Shown here: one piece after another, positions 10,684-20,218 of the stretch
How the letters are laid out: the number at the start of each line of letters is the position of its first letter
How positions within the stretch are numbered: the stretch's first letter is position 1
DNA from: an uncultured delta proteobacterium
Lineage (GTDB): Bacteria > Myxococcota > B64-G9
Reading direction: 5' to 3'
DNA: 64,000 bases
Assembly: GCA_963754925.1 (NCBI GenBank)
Contig: CAVWHX010000001.1
Coordinates: forward strand, 201,144-265,143
Made by a program: the position numbers and the translations under genes
The notes under the pieces: model-generated
Database searches by the model: none
Seen by the model: only the letters and a program-made list of their open reading frames with translations
What the model was told of the DNA's origin: nothing

Positions 10684-10794
10684 TAGAGCCCGCGCTCCCG
10701 TTGGTTGCCGAAGTGCTGCCGGTTCTGAATCCAACCCAATGTTAGCTTGACAGGTTGCAGTGATTCTGCTAGGAACTGCGAGCCAGATTTGGAC

Positions 10795-10867
10795 GAGCCG
10801 CTAGCTCAGTCGGTAGAGCATCAGACTTTTAATCTGAGGGCCAAGGGTTCGACTCCCTTGCGGCTCA
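10795..10867 (+). tRNA. tRNA-Lys(UUU)
   Basis: Cloverleaf; anticodon arm TCAGA-CTTTTAA-TCTGA, GGTTCGACTCC T-arm; no encoded CCA. Confidence 0.97.
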
Positions 10868-10886
10868 TTTGACAATTAAGTGGCGT

Positions 10887-10960
10887 GTCCCCATCGTCTA
10901 GCCCGGTTAGGACACAGGCCTTTCACGCCTGCAACAGGGGTTCGAATCCCCTTGGGGACG
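10887..10960 (+). tRNA. tRNA-Glu(UUC)
   Basis: GTCCCCA...TGGGGAC acceptor stem, CAGGC-CTTTCAC-GCCTG anticodon arm; no encoded CCA. Confidence 0.97.
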
Positions 10961-10989
10961 TAGCTATTCATAACCCCCGGAGAGTCTCG

Positions 10990-11995
10990 ATGGCACTCGA
11001 AGACGATATCACTGAAATCAAGAAAGAAATCATCGAGTCCCACAACCTCGTCATCAAAACGGACAACCTCATCAAGAGTCTCTCGGCCGAGATTCGCCAG
11101 ATCCAAAAGAAACAGGAAACCTACGAACGCAAATATATCTTTAACTCGGTGGTCGCGTATATCCTGTTTGTCGTGATCATTTTTGTCGGGCTCTATATAG
11201 CTTTTGACGCCAAAGTTGGCGTGGTCCGCCGCGAGAAGGAAATAGAAATTGAAAACGCCAAAAAAGCGCGGGCCGAGGCAAACGAGCTTCAAAATAAACT
11301 ATCAACGCGTAGCCAGCAGGAGCGACAGGCCGATGAGTTTCTGAAACTCAAACAAGAAAATCGCGAGGCCGATGCTCTCAAAGCTGCTGATCAACTTGAC
11401 CTTAACCTTCTTTCTCCGCTGCTGGCTCAAATTGTTAGCAAGGAATGCGATGAGCTGCGCACCCGCATGGCGGAGCGTTTCTATGAAGAGGGCAAGAATA
11501 ACTTTCAAGAAAATCGGCTTGAAGCGGCCATTCGGGCGTTTGATAAGGCGCTCGAAATCAAACCGCCAGCCAACATTGTTTTTTAGGGCCCAGTACCTTC
11601 GCGGTCATGCCCTGATACGACTCAACCGCAGCGGCATGGCGGCGGAAGCTTTTTTAGCTGCGGCTGAGGCCGATCCGAAAAACCAATTGGTCGACGAGAT
11701 AACCTTTCTCAGCGGCGACGCCCTTGAAAACGCCGGGAATGTTCCTCAGGCGATGATCGCCTTTCGTAAGGTATGCAACGATTCTCCGGATTCCAAATTT
11801 AAATTTCAAGCATGTCGGCGACTCGAAAAGCTTGGGCCCAAGGCAGCCGGGCCGGTAACGGAGCCGCCTGTTGGTAGAGTGGCGCCGACGACTCCAGCGG
11901 CCCCCGTTACAACCCCGGCGCCAGGTCAAAAGCCACCACCCGTTCCGGCGGGGACGCAAGCGCCAGCAGCAAAGCCTCAACCGGCGGCCCATTAA
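10990..11995 (+). CDS. Membrane-anchored coiled-coil/TPR protein, frameshift in T run near 11580
   Basis: One TM helix, coiled coil, TPR repeats continuing in ORF 11372-11995, Pro-rich tail. Confidence 0.7.
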
Positions 11996-12021
11996 TACTG
12001 TAGCCTACTGCGTAACTGTGG

Positions 12022-12612
12022 TTAATTCCCTACGGTGGTCGGGGGTGATCGGGGTTCTTCAACGAGCGTTCGGGCGCGTTCGATTAACCCAGCCAGGTCT
12101 CTGAGTGGTTGGGCGTACTGAATTACAAATCGTTTGGTAAGCCGCGTTTGAAGGGAATGCAACGTATCCAAACGGTTGTATATCTCGGCTAAAATTCCCA
12201 TGGTTGGATCCCGTTCGTATTCAAACTCAGTCAACCGGCAGAAACTACCCAACGTCTCATATTTTTTACGCCATTCCACGGACCAGGCATTCCAACTTGC
12301 AAGAACAATGTCTCGGGCCTGGCCGCTGGTATACGCCAAACGAACATGGTCGTTTAATTCGTTGTGAAGACTCTCAAGCGCCAAAAAGCAGTCTCGCTTC
12401 TGGATCAAACTGATTTCGGACAGCGATTTCGGCCCTTCCAACGCGGCGTTGATGTCCGGATAACGGTCATAGATGTTGGTGGCAATCCCCACGAAAATAC
12501 ATACCGCAACAAAGACCATCACTGCGATGAAAGCAAGATACACGGTCCATCGGAACTTCCGTAGGAACGTCCATTTTTCCCTCGGTTTAATGAATTTCTT
12601 GAGTTTGCTCAC
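12022..12612 (-). CDS. Hypothetical single-TM protein
   Basis: Long ORF with N-terminal TM; GTG 12612 lies 8 nt after a TTGACA-18-TAGCTT promoter. Confidence 0.6.
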   Translation of the reverse strand: MSKLKKFIKPREKWTFLRKFRWTVYLAFIAVMVFVAVCIFVGIATNIYDRYPDINAALEGPKSLSEISLIQKRDCFLALESLHNELNDHVRLAYTSGQARDIVLASWNAWSVEWRKKYETLGSFCRLTEFEYERDPTMGILAEIYNRLDTLHSLQTRLTKRFVIQYAQPLRDLAGLIERARTLVEEPRSPPTTVGN

Positions 12613-12852
12613 GAGGTGGCAAGCTATCAAAGACTTTCCCTGAATGTCAACGAGTACGCTTTGGTCTGCACATTCTGCCCTCTCACCAGCGATATATGAT
12701 TCAGTGTAACTAGTCTATTGTGCGATAAAATAAGCTAACTGATTCACGAGTCAATCTATCGCTTGACAAAGAGGTGCTCGCCGCGCTAATAATTCATTGG
12801 TGCTGGGGAATTTCCCCGGCCAACACGGTTGTTTTAGACGGGAGAAAGCACC

Positions 12853-13149
12853 ATGGGCACGCGAGCACACGTACTGGTTAAGGTTGTAGAAAGTCTTGAT
12901 CGAGAAGGTATTATTCAATTGGTTCAGGGTATCGAGGAGCTTGATGAGGTGATGTTTGTCGAGCCGGTGACTGGCGCGTTTGACTTGATTGTCAGCGTCG
13001 AAGCCAGGTCATCAGTCGAGGAGGTCGTGGAAAAGATTAAACCGCTTGCGGGCATCGCAACGGTTGAGGCACTTAAAGTCAATCCAATTTTTCCGCGCGA
13101 AAGGATGAGAAAAAACATCTCAAAACTACCTCTCAAGGCACGGGGCTAG
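12853..13149 (+). CDS. Stand-alone Lrp/AsnC ligand-binding (RAM) domain protein
   Basis: RAHVLVKV...VTGAFDLIVSVEA...IKPLAGI pattern; GGAG RBS; no HTH. Confidence 0.75.
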   Translation: MGTRAHVLVKVVESLDREGIIQLVQGIEELDEVMFVEPVTGAFDLIVSVEARSSVEEVVEKIKPLAGIATVEALKVNPIFPRERMRKNISKLPLKARG

Positions 13150-13281
13150 AGGTTGTTGCCGAGCGAAGCAAGGCAAGGCTTACAAGCTCTTGTCCTGTGG
13201 ACTAGAGATTGTTACCAAGCAAAGCGAAGTTCACCATCTCTTGTCTCACGGGCTAGAGGTTGTTGCCGAGTGAAGCAAGGC
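13145..13281 (+). repeat. Three degenerate 30-bp direct repeats (periods 56 and 51 bp)
   Basis: Units at 13145, 13201 and 13252; consensus GCTAGAGGTTGTTGCCGAGCGAAGCAAGGC; units 1 and 3 are 29/30 identical. Confidence 0.9.
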
Positions 13282-13315
13282 CCACCATCGATTGTTCTAT
13301 TAGAGGAGCACGCGT

Positions 13316-13830
13316 ATGACAACTTGCACCGCACCAGAAAATGAGCACATAGACGTATCGGTTATCGATCGAGTAGTAACCCGCTATGGAAAAGGCGCTG
13401 GTTCGCTGATTCCCGTTCTCCAGAAGACCCAGGACGAACTTGGGTACCTGCCACGGCAAGCGCTCATGCGCATTGCCATGATGTTACGCGTCCCTGCGAG
13501 CACGGTGTTTGGGGTTGTGACCTTCTACGCCCAATTCAGGCTGAAACCGGTTGGCAAGTACATCATCCGGGTATGCCACGGCACTGCCTGCCATGTGGCA
13601 GGAGCCCAAAAGATCACCGAGGCCTTCGAGCGCGATCTTTGTGTCAAGGACAACCAGACCACGGCCGATAGGCTGTTCACCCTTGAATCGGTGGCCTGTT
13701 TGGGGTGCTGCAGCCTCGCGCCGGTAGCTATGGTTCAGAAGAGACCTACGGAAGGCTTACGGGCGACCGGGTCGGCAAGATTGTGGCTGAGTACCGTTCG
13801 AAGGAGCAACCCGCGGGACGGGTCGCGTAG
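13316..13830 (+). CDS. NuoE/HydC-like [2Fe-2S] subunit (StnA-like), frameshift near 13735
   Basis: LIPVLQKTQDELGYLP, VCHGTACHVAG, VACLGCCSLAP; alternative frame gives ETYGRLT...VA* ending at 13830. Confidence 0.88.
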
Positions 13831-13925
13831 TACGCAGCGTCATCCGGGTCCTCACGATACTGTCTGTGTAGGATGGTGAGGGCTACTTTCTGACAACAAC
13901 GAGACTACACCAAAAGGAATGCCGT

Positions 13926-15715
13926 ATGCACACCGAACATCAAAAAACACAAGTCCTTGTGGGATTGGGAGCATGTGGTATCGCCGCCGGGGCTCATAAA
14001 ACGCTCGATTCCTTGGAACAGGGCATCGCCGCTCGGGGTCTCGACGTCGAGCTCGGCATCGTGGGTTGCATGGGAATGTGTTATCGCGAGCCGTTGGTCG
14101 AAATCCGCAGTCCCGGTCAGCCCCGTGCGATTTACATGGAAATCTCCGCCGAGCGGGTCGCTCGCCTGTTGGACGAAGGCGTGCGAGAGGGGAAGATTAT
14201 CCAGGAATGGCTCGCCCACGGCGAGGGGTTGGTCGGCAACGAAGACGCCTTTTTAGCTAAGCAGCATAGGATCGTCTTACGCAACTGCGGGGTAATCAAC
14301 CCCGAAAACATCGATGACTACCTCGCGGCCGGGGGATATCAAGCCATCGAGAAAGTGTTGCGCTCGATGTCTCCGGCGCAGGTGGTGGACGAGGTTAAAG
14401 AGAGCGGGTTACGCGGCCGGGGCGGGGCAGGTTTTTCAACCGGGACCAAGTGGTCGTTTTGCGCTTCCAGTCCCGGCGACGTCAAATACATCATTTGCAA
14501 CGCCGATGAGGGTGACCCCGGGGCGTTTATGGATCGTTCGGTGCTCGAGAGCGATCCCCACGCGGTGCTCGAAGGGATGATCATTGCGGGCTACGCCATT
14601 GGCGCGCACGACGGTTACATCTATTGCCGGGCGGAGTACCCGATAGCCATCCACCGGCTTACCATTGCCCTCGCGCAAGCCGAAAAGCGCGGATTCCTCG
14701 GCGACCGGATACTGGGCACGGACTTTGCGTTTCATATCAAAATCAAGGAAGGCGCCGGTGCCTTTGTCTGTGGCGAGGAAACGGCGTTGATGGCGTCGAT
14801 CGAGGGTCAACGCGGCATGCCGCGGCTGCGGCCGCCGTTCCCGGCGGTATCCGGCCTGTGGAAGAAGCCGACCAACATCAACAACGTCGAAACCTTCGCC
14901 AATGTGCCCTGGATCATCAATAACGGCGGGCAGGCCTTCGCCGCGCTCGGCACCGAGAAAAGCAAGGGCACGAAAGTCTTCGCCTTGGCCGGCAAGGTCA
15001 ACCGGGGCGGATTGGTTGAGGTGCCGATGGGCACGACCTTGCGCCAGATGGTCTTGGAGATGGGCGGGGGCATCGTGGGCGGTAAGAAGCTCAAAGCCGT
15101 GCAGATGGGCGGCCCATCGGGCGGCTGCATTCCCGCGCGGTCCCTGGCCGACACGCCCATGGACTACGACTCGCTAACAAACCGGCGCGATCATGGGCTC
15201 GGGCGGCATGGTGGTCATCGACGAGACCACCTGCATGGTGGATGTGGCCAGATTCTTTCTGGAGTTCACCCAGAAGGAATCGTGCGGCAAATGCACGTTT
15301 TGCCGGATCGGCACCAAGCGCATGCTTGAAATACTCGACGCGTATTACCCAGGGAAAGGGGCGCGACGGTGATATGCAGCTCTTGACTGAGCTGGCCGAG
15401 ACCATCAAGCGCAGCTCGCTCTGCGGCCTCGGGCAAACCGCGCCCAACCCGGTGCTCACGACGATTCGCTACTTCCGGGACGAGTACGAGGCGCATATCA
15501 AGGAAAAGCGCTGCCCGGCCATGGCGTGTCGCGCCTTGATTGTCTATCGGGTGATTCCTGAGAAATGCCCCGGCTGCCAGGTTTGTTTGAAGGTGTGCCC
15601 GGCACAGGCGATCACTGGCGGCAAAAAGATCGTGCATGTTATCGATCCGGAGAAATGCACCCGATGTGGCCTATGCATGGAAAAATGCCGGCTTGGCGCC
15701 ATCGAAGTGGTTTAG
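13926..15715 (+). CDS. NuoF/HydB-like FMN/NADH subunit (StnB-like), several frameshifts in 15130-15340
   Basis: N-terminal thioredoxin-like 2Fe-2[54 protein letters not shown]-terminal 2x[4Fe-4S]. Confidence 0.9.
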
Positions 15716-15760
15716 AGCCCGTTACGACCGAAGGGAGTTACGGGCTCTTCCCCGTAGGGG
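15714..15760 (+). repeat. Two-hairpin dispersed element, copy A
   Basis: AGAGCCCGTTA-CGACCGAAGGGAG-TTACGGGCTCT followed by CCCC-GTA-GGGG. Confidence 0.8.
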
Positions 15761-15794
15761 GTTAGAGAATGTCAAATATGAGGAGGCAACACCA

Positions 15795-18700
15795 ATGACT
15801 GAACAACTAAAACTAGTGCTTGATGGAGAAGAGGTGGCGGCAGCGACGGATGAGACCATTCTGACGGTGGCCCGACGCATGGGCAAGCACATTCCGACCT
15901 TATGCCATGATCCGCGGTTGGAGCCGTTTGCCTCGTGTTATTTGTGTCTGGTGGAGTTGGAGGGAAGACCCGGTTTCGTGCCCTCGTGCTCAACCAAAGT
16001 TACCGCCGGCATGAAGGTCAAAACCGACTCAGAGCAAATCCAGAAGGCCCGTAAGCTGTGCCTGGAGTTGCTCATGTCCGCCCACAACGCCGACTGCGTG
16101 GCTCCCTGCCGCCTCCAGTGTCCGGACAACATTGATGTCCAAAGCTACGTCGCCGCTATTGCCATTGGCGAATTTGATGAAGCGCTGCGGATTATCAAGC
16201 GCACGAACCCGTTTCCATCGGTTTGTGGGCGGGTATGTCCCCACACCTGCGAGCTCCAGTGCCGGCGCAACAAGGTCGACGAGCCGGTAGCGGTAAATCC
16301 CTTGAAGCGTTTTGTCGCGGACCTCGATGCTGCGTCCGAGAAACCATACCTGCCGCCGGTTGCGCCCGAGACCGGCAAGCGGGTCGCCATAGTCGGAGCT
16401 GGTCCGGCAGGATTAACCGCTGCCTACTACCTACGCCAGAAAGGCCATACCGTCACGGTTTTTGAAATGAACGACCAGGCGGGCGGCATGCTGCGCTACG
16501 GCATACCGCGCTACCGTTTGCCGGACACGGCGCTGGATGCGGAAATAGGCAATATCTTGGCGCTGGGGATTACCCTCAACTGCAACAAAACACTTGGTAA
16601 AGATTTCACCCTGGCGAGTTTGAAACGCGACGGTTACGATGCTGCGTTCCTGACGGTCGGAGCCTGGGTTTCTTCGAAAATGGATGTTGCCGGGGAACAT
16701 CTGCCGGGGGTTCTGGCCGGTATTCACTTTCTGTACGATGTCGCGACCGGCAAGAGACCCGACCTCGGCAAACGCGTGGTGGTCGTCGGCGGCGGGAACA
16801 CGGCGATCGATGCCGCCCGCACCTCAATGCGGTTGGGCGCCGACGTGACCATCCTGTATCGGCGCACCCGCAAAGAAATGCCGGCCGAAGCGTTCGAGGT
16901 GGACGAAGCCGAGCGCGAGGGCGTCACGATGCATTTCTTGGCTGCGCCGGTGAAACTCATCGAGAGCAAGGGTCGGGTAAGCGCCATCCAATCTCTGCGG
17001 ATGGAACTCGGCGAGCCGGACGCCTCGGGTCGCCGCCGACCGGTGCCTATCCCCGGAAGCGAGTTCGAGGTGCCGGCGGACACCGTTATCGCCGCCATCG
17101 GCCAGAGACCCAATGCAGCGGTGTGGAACGAACCGGATGGCCCTCTCGCCACGAAATGGGCTACGGTCGCTGCCGACGAGACCACGTATCAGACCGAGCG
17201 CCCGTGGATTTTTACGGCCGGCGATTGTCTGACCGGGGCATCGACGGCCATTGAAGCCATCGCCGGCGGGCGTAAAGCGGCTATCTCGATCGATCGGTTT
17301 CTCAAAGGATTACAGCCGTTGCCGATCGGCAAGCCGTTTTCCGATTCGATCGGTCGGCTTGAAGATCTGGACGAAGACCTGTTTGCCAATGTTCCAAAAG
17401 TGCCGCGCTCAAAAATGATGCATCTGCCTTTTGATCAGCGCCGGGAAAATTTTCAAGAGGTCGAGTTCGGCATCGCCCGGGACGCCGTTGTGGCCGAAGC
17501 CAACCGCTGCCTTGAGTGCGGCTGTCAAGGGGCGGAGGTATGCAGCTTGCGCGAGGTAAGCGACGGGTTCGGGGTACGGCTGGATCGGTTTAAGAGCAGC
17601 CGTTTTGTCCACCCGGTGCGTGACGATCACCCATTCATCAGATTCGATCAGAACAAATGTATTTTGTGCGGTCGGTGCGTACGGATTTGCCTTGAGCAAC
17701 AAGGTCTTGGGGCGTTGGGCTTTGTTAACCGCGGATTTGACACGGTGATACAGCCAAGCCTTTCACAGCCATTGCTTCAGACCGATTGCGATGCCTGCGG
17801 CCAATGTGTTTCTTCATGCCCGACCGGGGCGTTTGCGGTAAAACGTTTCTTATCAAAGCCAGGCCCATTTTTTGCGGACTGCACCTCGGTGGTGTGTGGT
17901 TTCTGCGGGGTCGGTTGCAGCTTGGAGATCGAATCCATGCGCGGGCGCTATCTGCGCGCTAAAACCGACCCGGGTCATGGGCATAACCGCGGTAATCTGT
18001 GTGTGGATGGCAGTTTCGGCCATCGCTATCTGGAAACATTGCCGCGATTGCTTGCTCCCCGCCGGGGACGGGGCAAAAAGAGTCGGACGGTTGCGTGGGA
18101 AGAAGCGCTCGCCGCGGCGGCTGCGGGACTGAAGGAAGCTGCGGCAAAAGGGTTGGCGGTGATAGTCAACGGACCGCTGACCAATGAAGCTGCTTACCTT
18201 CTCCAGCGCCTGGCGCGAGTAGGCCTGCATACCAACCACCTGTTCTCGCTTGATGGGCCGTTGGATGCGGCTGCCTTTGAGCAGGCGGTTCGCGATCACG
18301 CCCAAGCGCTGACACTCGACGATCTGAGAAGCGCTAATCTCCTTTGGGTGGTGGGCGCCGATCCCTTTGAATATGCGCCGGTGGTGGGAATCGAGCTGTA
18401 CGTTGCAATGCAGGCGGGGACGCGGTTGGTGATGTTGGGCTCCCGGCCGAGCCGGCTCGATGAAAAAGCAGCGAGGGTCGTGCGCATACCAGACGATCGA
18501 TTACCAAAGTTTTTAGCATCGCTTGAGCGGTACGCCGACTCGGGCGCCGTGAAGGATTTGAATCCGGCGGCAGGTCTCGCAGCAATACAGAATCGTCACC
18601 TGGCTGAACTGGTCGCTCAGCTCAAACAAGCAAGCCTGCCCGTGGTCGTGCTTCCTGATTCATTGGAGCCGAATACCGTACTTTCGTTAATGAAATTGCT

Positions 18701-19280
18701 GTCTCGTCTCAACAAGAATAATCGCACCCTGGTGCTGCGTCGTGGTGGCAACGCCCAGGGACGGCTCGACATGGGAATCCACCCGGTTTTATTGCCCGGT
18801 CAGAGTGATATACGCCACATTGTTGCCAGAGAGCGTTTTGAGAAGGTCTGGGGCCAAAGCCTGCCGGTCAGCCCGGGGTTATCGGGCAACGAACTACTTA
18901 AGGCTCTCAAAAAAGACGTCATGGGCGGCGCGTTGCTGATTAACACCGATCCGTATGGATGGCCTCTGCCAGGCAACAGCTTGCATAGAAAGCTCTTCGT
19001 GGTGGCCGCTGACCTAGCGCCTGGCGCACTTGCCGAGAGCGCCGATGTCCTGTTGCCGTCCGCTGGGTTGGCCGAAGAGTCGGGGACCGTATGTACTCAC
19101 GATCACCGGCTCCTGAGAACGAGGGCGGTACGACCACCGGTGGGTGGCAAAACTATGTTTGAGCTGGTGCGAGACCTCTCTGCCGCCCTGGATCAAAAAC
19201 CTCAGGTGAGCGATCCCGCCGCGTGCTGGACTGAGCTGGGATATATTGATAAGCGCTTCGATGTGCAAAAAGCTTCTTAG
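15795..19280 (+). CDS. Fused 2Fe-2S + GltD/NfnB-like FAD/NADPH + NuoG/FdhA-like subunit (StnC-like)
   Basis: HIPTLC..SCYLCLVE; CGRVCPHTCELQC; VAIVGAGPAG; VVVGGGNTAIDAAR, YRR; KCILCGRCVRIC; CGFCGVGC; degenerate molybdopterin-fold C-terminus; GAGGAGG RBS before ATG 15795. Confidence 0.88.
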   Translation: MTEQLKLVLDGEEVAAATDETILTVARRMGKHIPTLCHDPRLEPFASCYLCLVELEGRPGFVPSCSTKVTAGMKVKTDSEQIQKARKLCLELLMSAHNADCVAPCRLQCPDNIDVQSYVAAIAIGEFDEALRIIKRTNPFPSVCGRVCPHTCELQCRRNKVDEPVAVNPLKRFVADLDAASEKPYLPPVAPETGKRVAIVGAGPAGLTAAYYLRQKGHTVTVFEMNDQAGGMLRYGIPRYRLPDTALDAEIGNILALGITLNCNKTLGKDFTLASLKRDGYDAAFLTVGAWVSSKMDVAGEHLPGVLAGIHFLYDVATGKRPDLGKRVVVVGGGNTAIDAARTSMRLGADVTILYRRTRKEMPAEAFEVDEAEREGVTMHFLAAPVKLIESKGRVSAIQSLRMELGEPDASGRRRPVPIPGSEFEVPADTVIAAIGQRPNAAVWNEPDGPLATKWATVAADETTYQTERPWIFTAGDCLTGASTAIEAIAGGRKAAISIDRFLKGLQPLPIGKPFSDSIGRLEDLDEDLFANVPKVPRSKMMHLPFDQRRENFQEVEFGIARDAVVAEANRCLECGCQGAEVCSLREVSDGFGVRLDRFKSSRFVHPVRDDHPFIRFDQNKCILCGRCVRICLEQQGLGALGFVNRGFDTVIQPSLSQPLLQTDCDACGQCVSSCPTGAFAVKRFLSKPGPFFADCTSVVCGFCGVGCSLEIESMRGRYLRAKTDPGHGHNRGNLCVDGSFGHRYLETLPRLLAPRRGRGKKSRTVAWEEALAAAAAGLKEAAAKGLAVIVNGPLTNEAAYLLQRLARVGLHTNHLFSLDGPLDAAAFEQAVRDHAQALTLDDLRSANLLWVVGADPFEYAPVVGIELYVAMQAGTRLVMLGSRPSRLDEKAARVVRIPDDRLPKFLASLERYADSGAVKDLNPAAGLAAIQNRHLAELVAQLKQASLPVVVLPDSLEPNTVLSLMKLLSRLNKNNRTLVLRRGGNAQGRLDMGIHPVLLPGQSDIRHIVARERFEKVWGQSLPVSPGLSGNELLKALKKDVMGGALLINTDPYGWPLPGNSLHRKLFVVAADLAPGALAESADVLLPSAGLAEESGTVCTHDHRLLRTRAVRPPVGGKTMFELVRDLSAALDQKPQVSDPAACWTELGYIDKRFDVQKAS

Positions 19281-19302
19281 CGGAGGCGGAGCATTTCTCG
19301 CG

Positions 19303-19623
19303 TTACTTCTTGAAAAGAGCCTCAAGCTTGCTCTTGGCTGATACGACGTCCTCGGTTGCTCCCAGAGGACCGCTTCGTATTTCAAACGAGGCGCAAAAGT
19401 TTGCTTTCTCCCGATCGGGAACATACTCGGTCATGTTTTCGCGGCATTGATTGTGCGCGCTGGGGTCCCAAAAGCGGCAATTCTTGCAGCAGCGTAGGTC
19501 CATATCACAACTGGGGCAGGTGTCCTCACGGACCACCTTGTCGAAAAGTACTATTTCGTCTCCGCATTTCCAACAGAACAATGTTTTTTTTGTCGTTGTC
19601 ACGGGTTTCTCCCTAACGCCCAA
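19303..19623 (-). CDS. Small Cys-rich conserved hypothetical protein
   Basis: CWKCG...CPSC...CCKNCRFWD...CRE...ANFC; exact start uncertain. Confidence 0.7.
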   Translation of the reverse strand: MGVREKPVTTTKKTLFCWKCGDEIVLFDKVVREDTCPSCDMDLRCCKNCRFWDPSAHNQCRENMTEYVPDREKANFCASFEIRSGPLGATEDVVSAKSKLEALFKK

Positions 19624-19922
19624 CCATACGAATGGATGCTATCGCATGTTTTGTGATCAAGTGCAAGTTCACCCTACGGGCAGGGGCGCGGTTCAGTATC
19701 GGGTGGGGGAGATCGTGCTGTTGACCTTGAGTTGGTCGAACGGCGACTGTCCAGCATCGCTCGGAACTTGACTTGGGAGACACGGAATAGGTACATTAAC
19801 GCAAGGAATAAGTATCGAAATGTTCTGTTTCCAAAGAGTTGCGAGATCAGAAGGTACTCCATCGACCGCGTCGTGGCTCGATGAGAAGGCCCGCCGTTAG
19901 GTATACGGGGGAGGTTTTGGAT

Positions 19923-20117
19923 ATGCGGCAATTTAATGGGGTAAAAGTGTTTTCCGCCACTCTCGCACGAAACCGAGAGGAGTTAGGGGACACGGTTTCA
20001 GAGTGGCTTAAAGAACATCCGCGCTGTCAGATCGCCGATATGCGCGTTGTTCAATCCAGTGATCGCGAGTTTCACTGTATCTCACTGGTATTGTTCTATA
20101 ACGAACCCGGCACCTGA
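19923..20117 (+). CDS. Small conserved myxobacterial hypothetical protein
   Basis: FNGVKVFSATLAR...VVQSSDREFHCISLVLFY; GGAGG RBS. Confidence 0.75.
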   Translation: MRQFNGVKVFSATLARNREELGDTVSEWLKEHPRCQIADMRVVQSSDREFHCISLVLFYNEPGT

Positions 20118-20218
20118 GACAGCCTCCGTGGTTCTTTGGTCCTTCGGAGGGCCATCTTTAATGGGCGACAGGTGAGCCTTCGACGTGGTTGAGTGCAGGG
20201 AAAGGGCCGGTTGGAGCG

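Noticed and set aside
10795..10960. Integrative element or prophage at tRNA-Lys/Glu (also checked at tRNA-Val and tRNA-Arg)
   Set aside because: No integrase and no duplicated tRNA 3' end seen in the window
13145..13281. Mini CRISPR array
   Set aside because: Only three units, the middle one is degenerate, the 21-26 bp linkers resemble each other rather than being unique spacers, and no cas genes are in the window
13316..19280. Respiratory complex I nuoEFG, [FeFe]-hydrogenase or glutamate synthase
   Set aside because: No membrane nuo genes, no H-cluster motifs and no gltB; the GltD-like insertion in the third subunit fits Stn-type enzymes better
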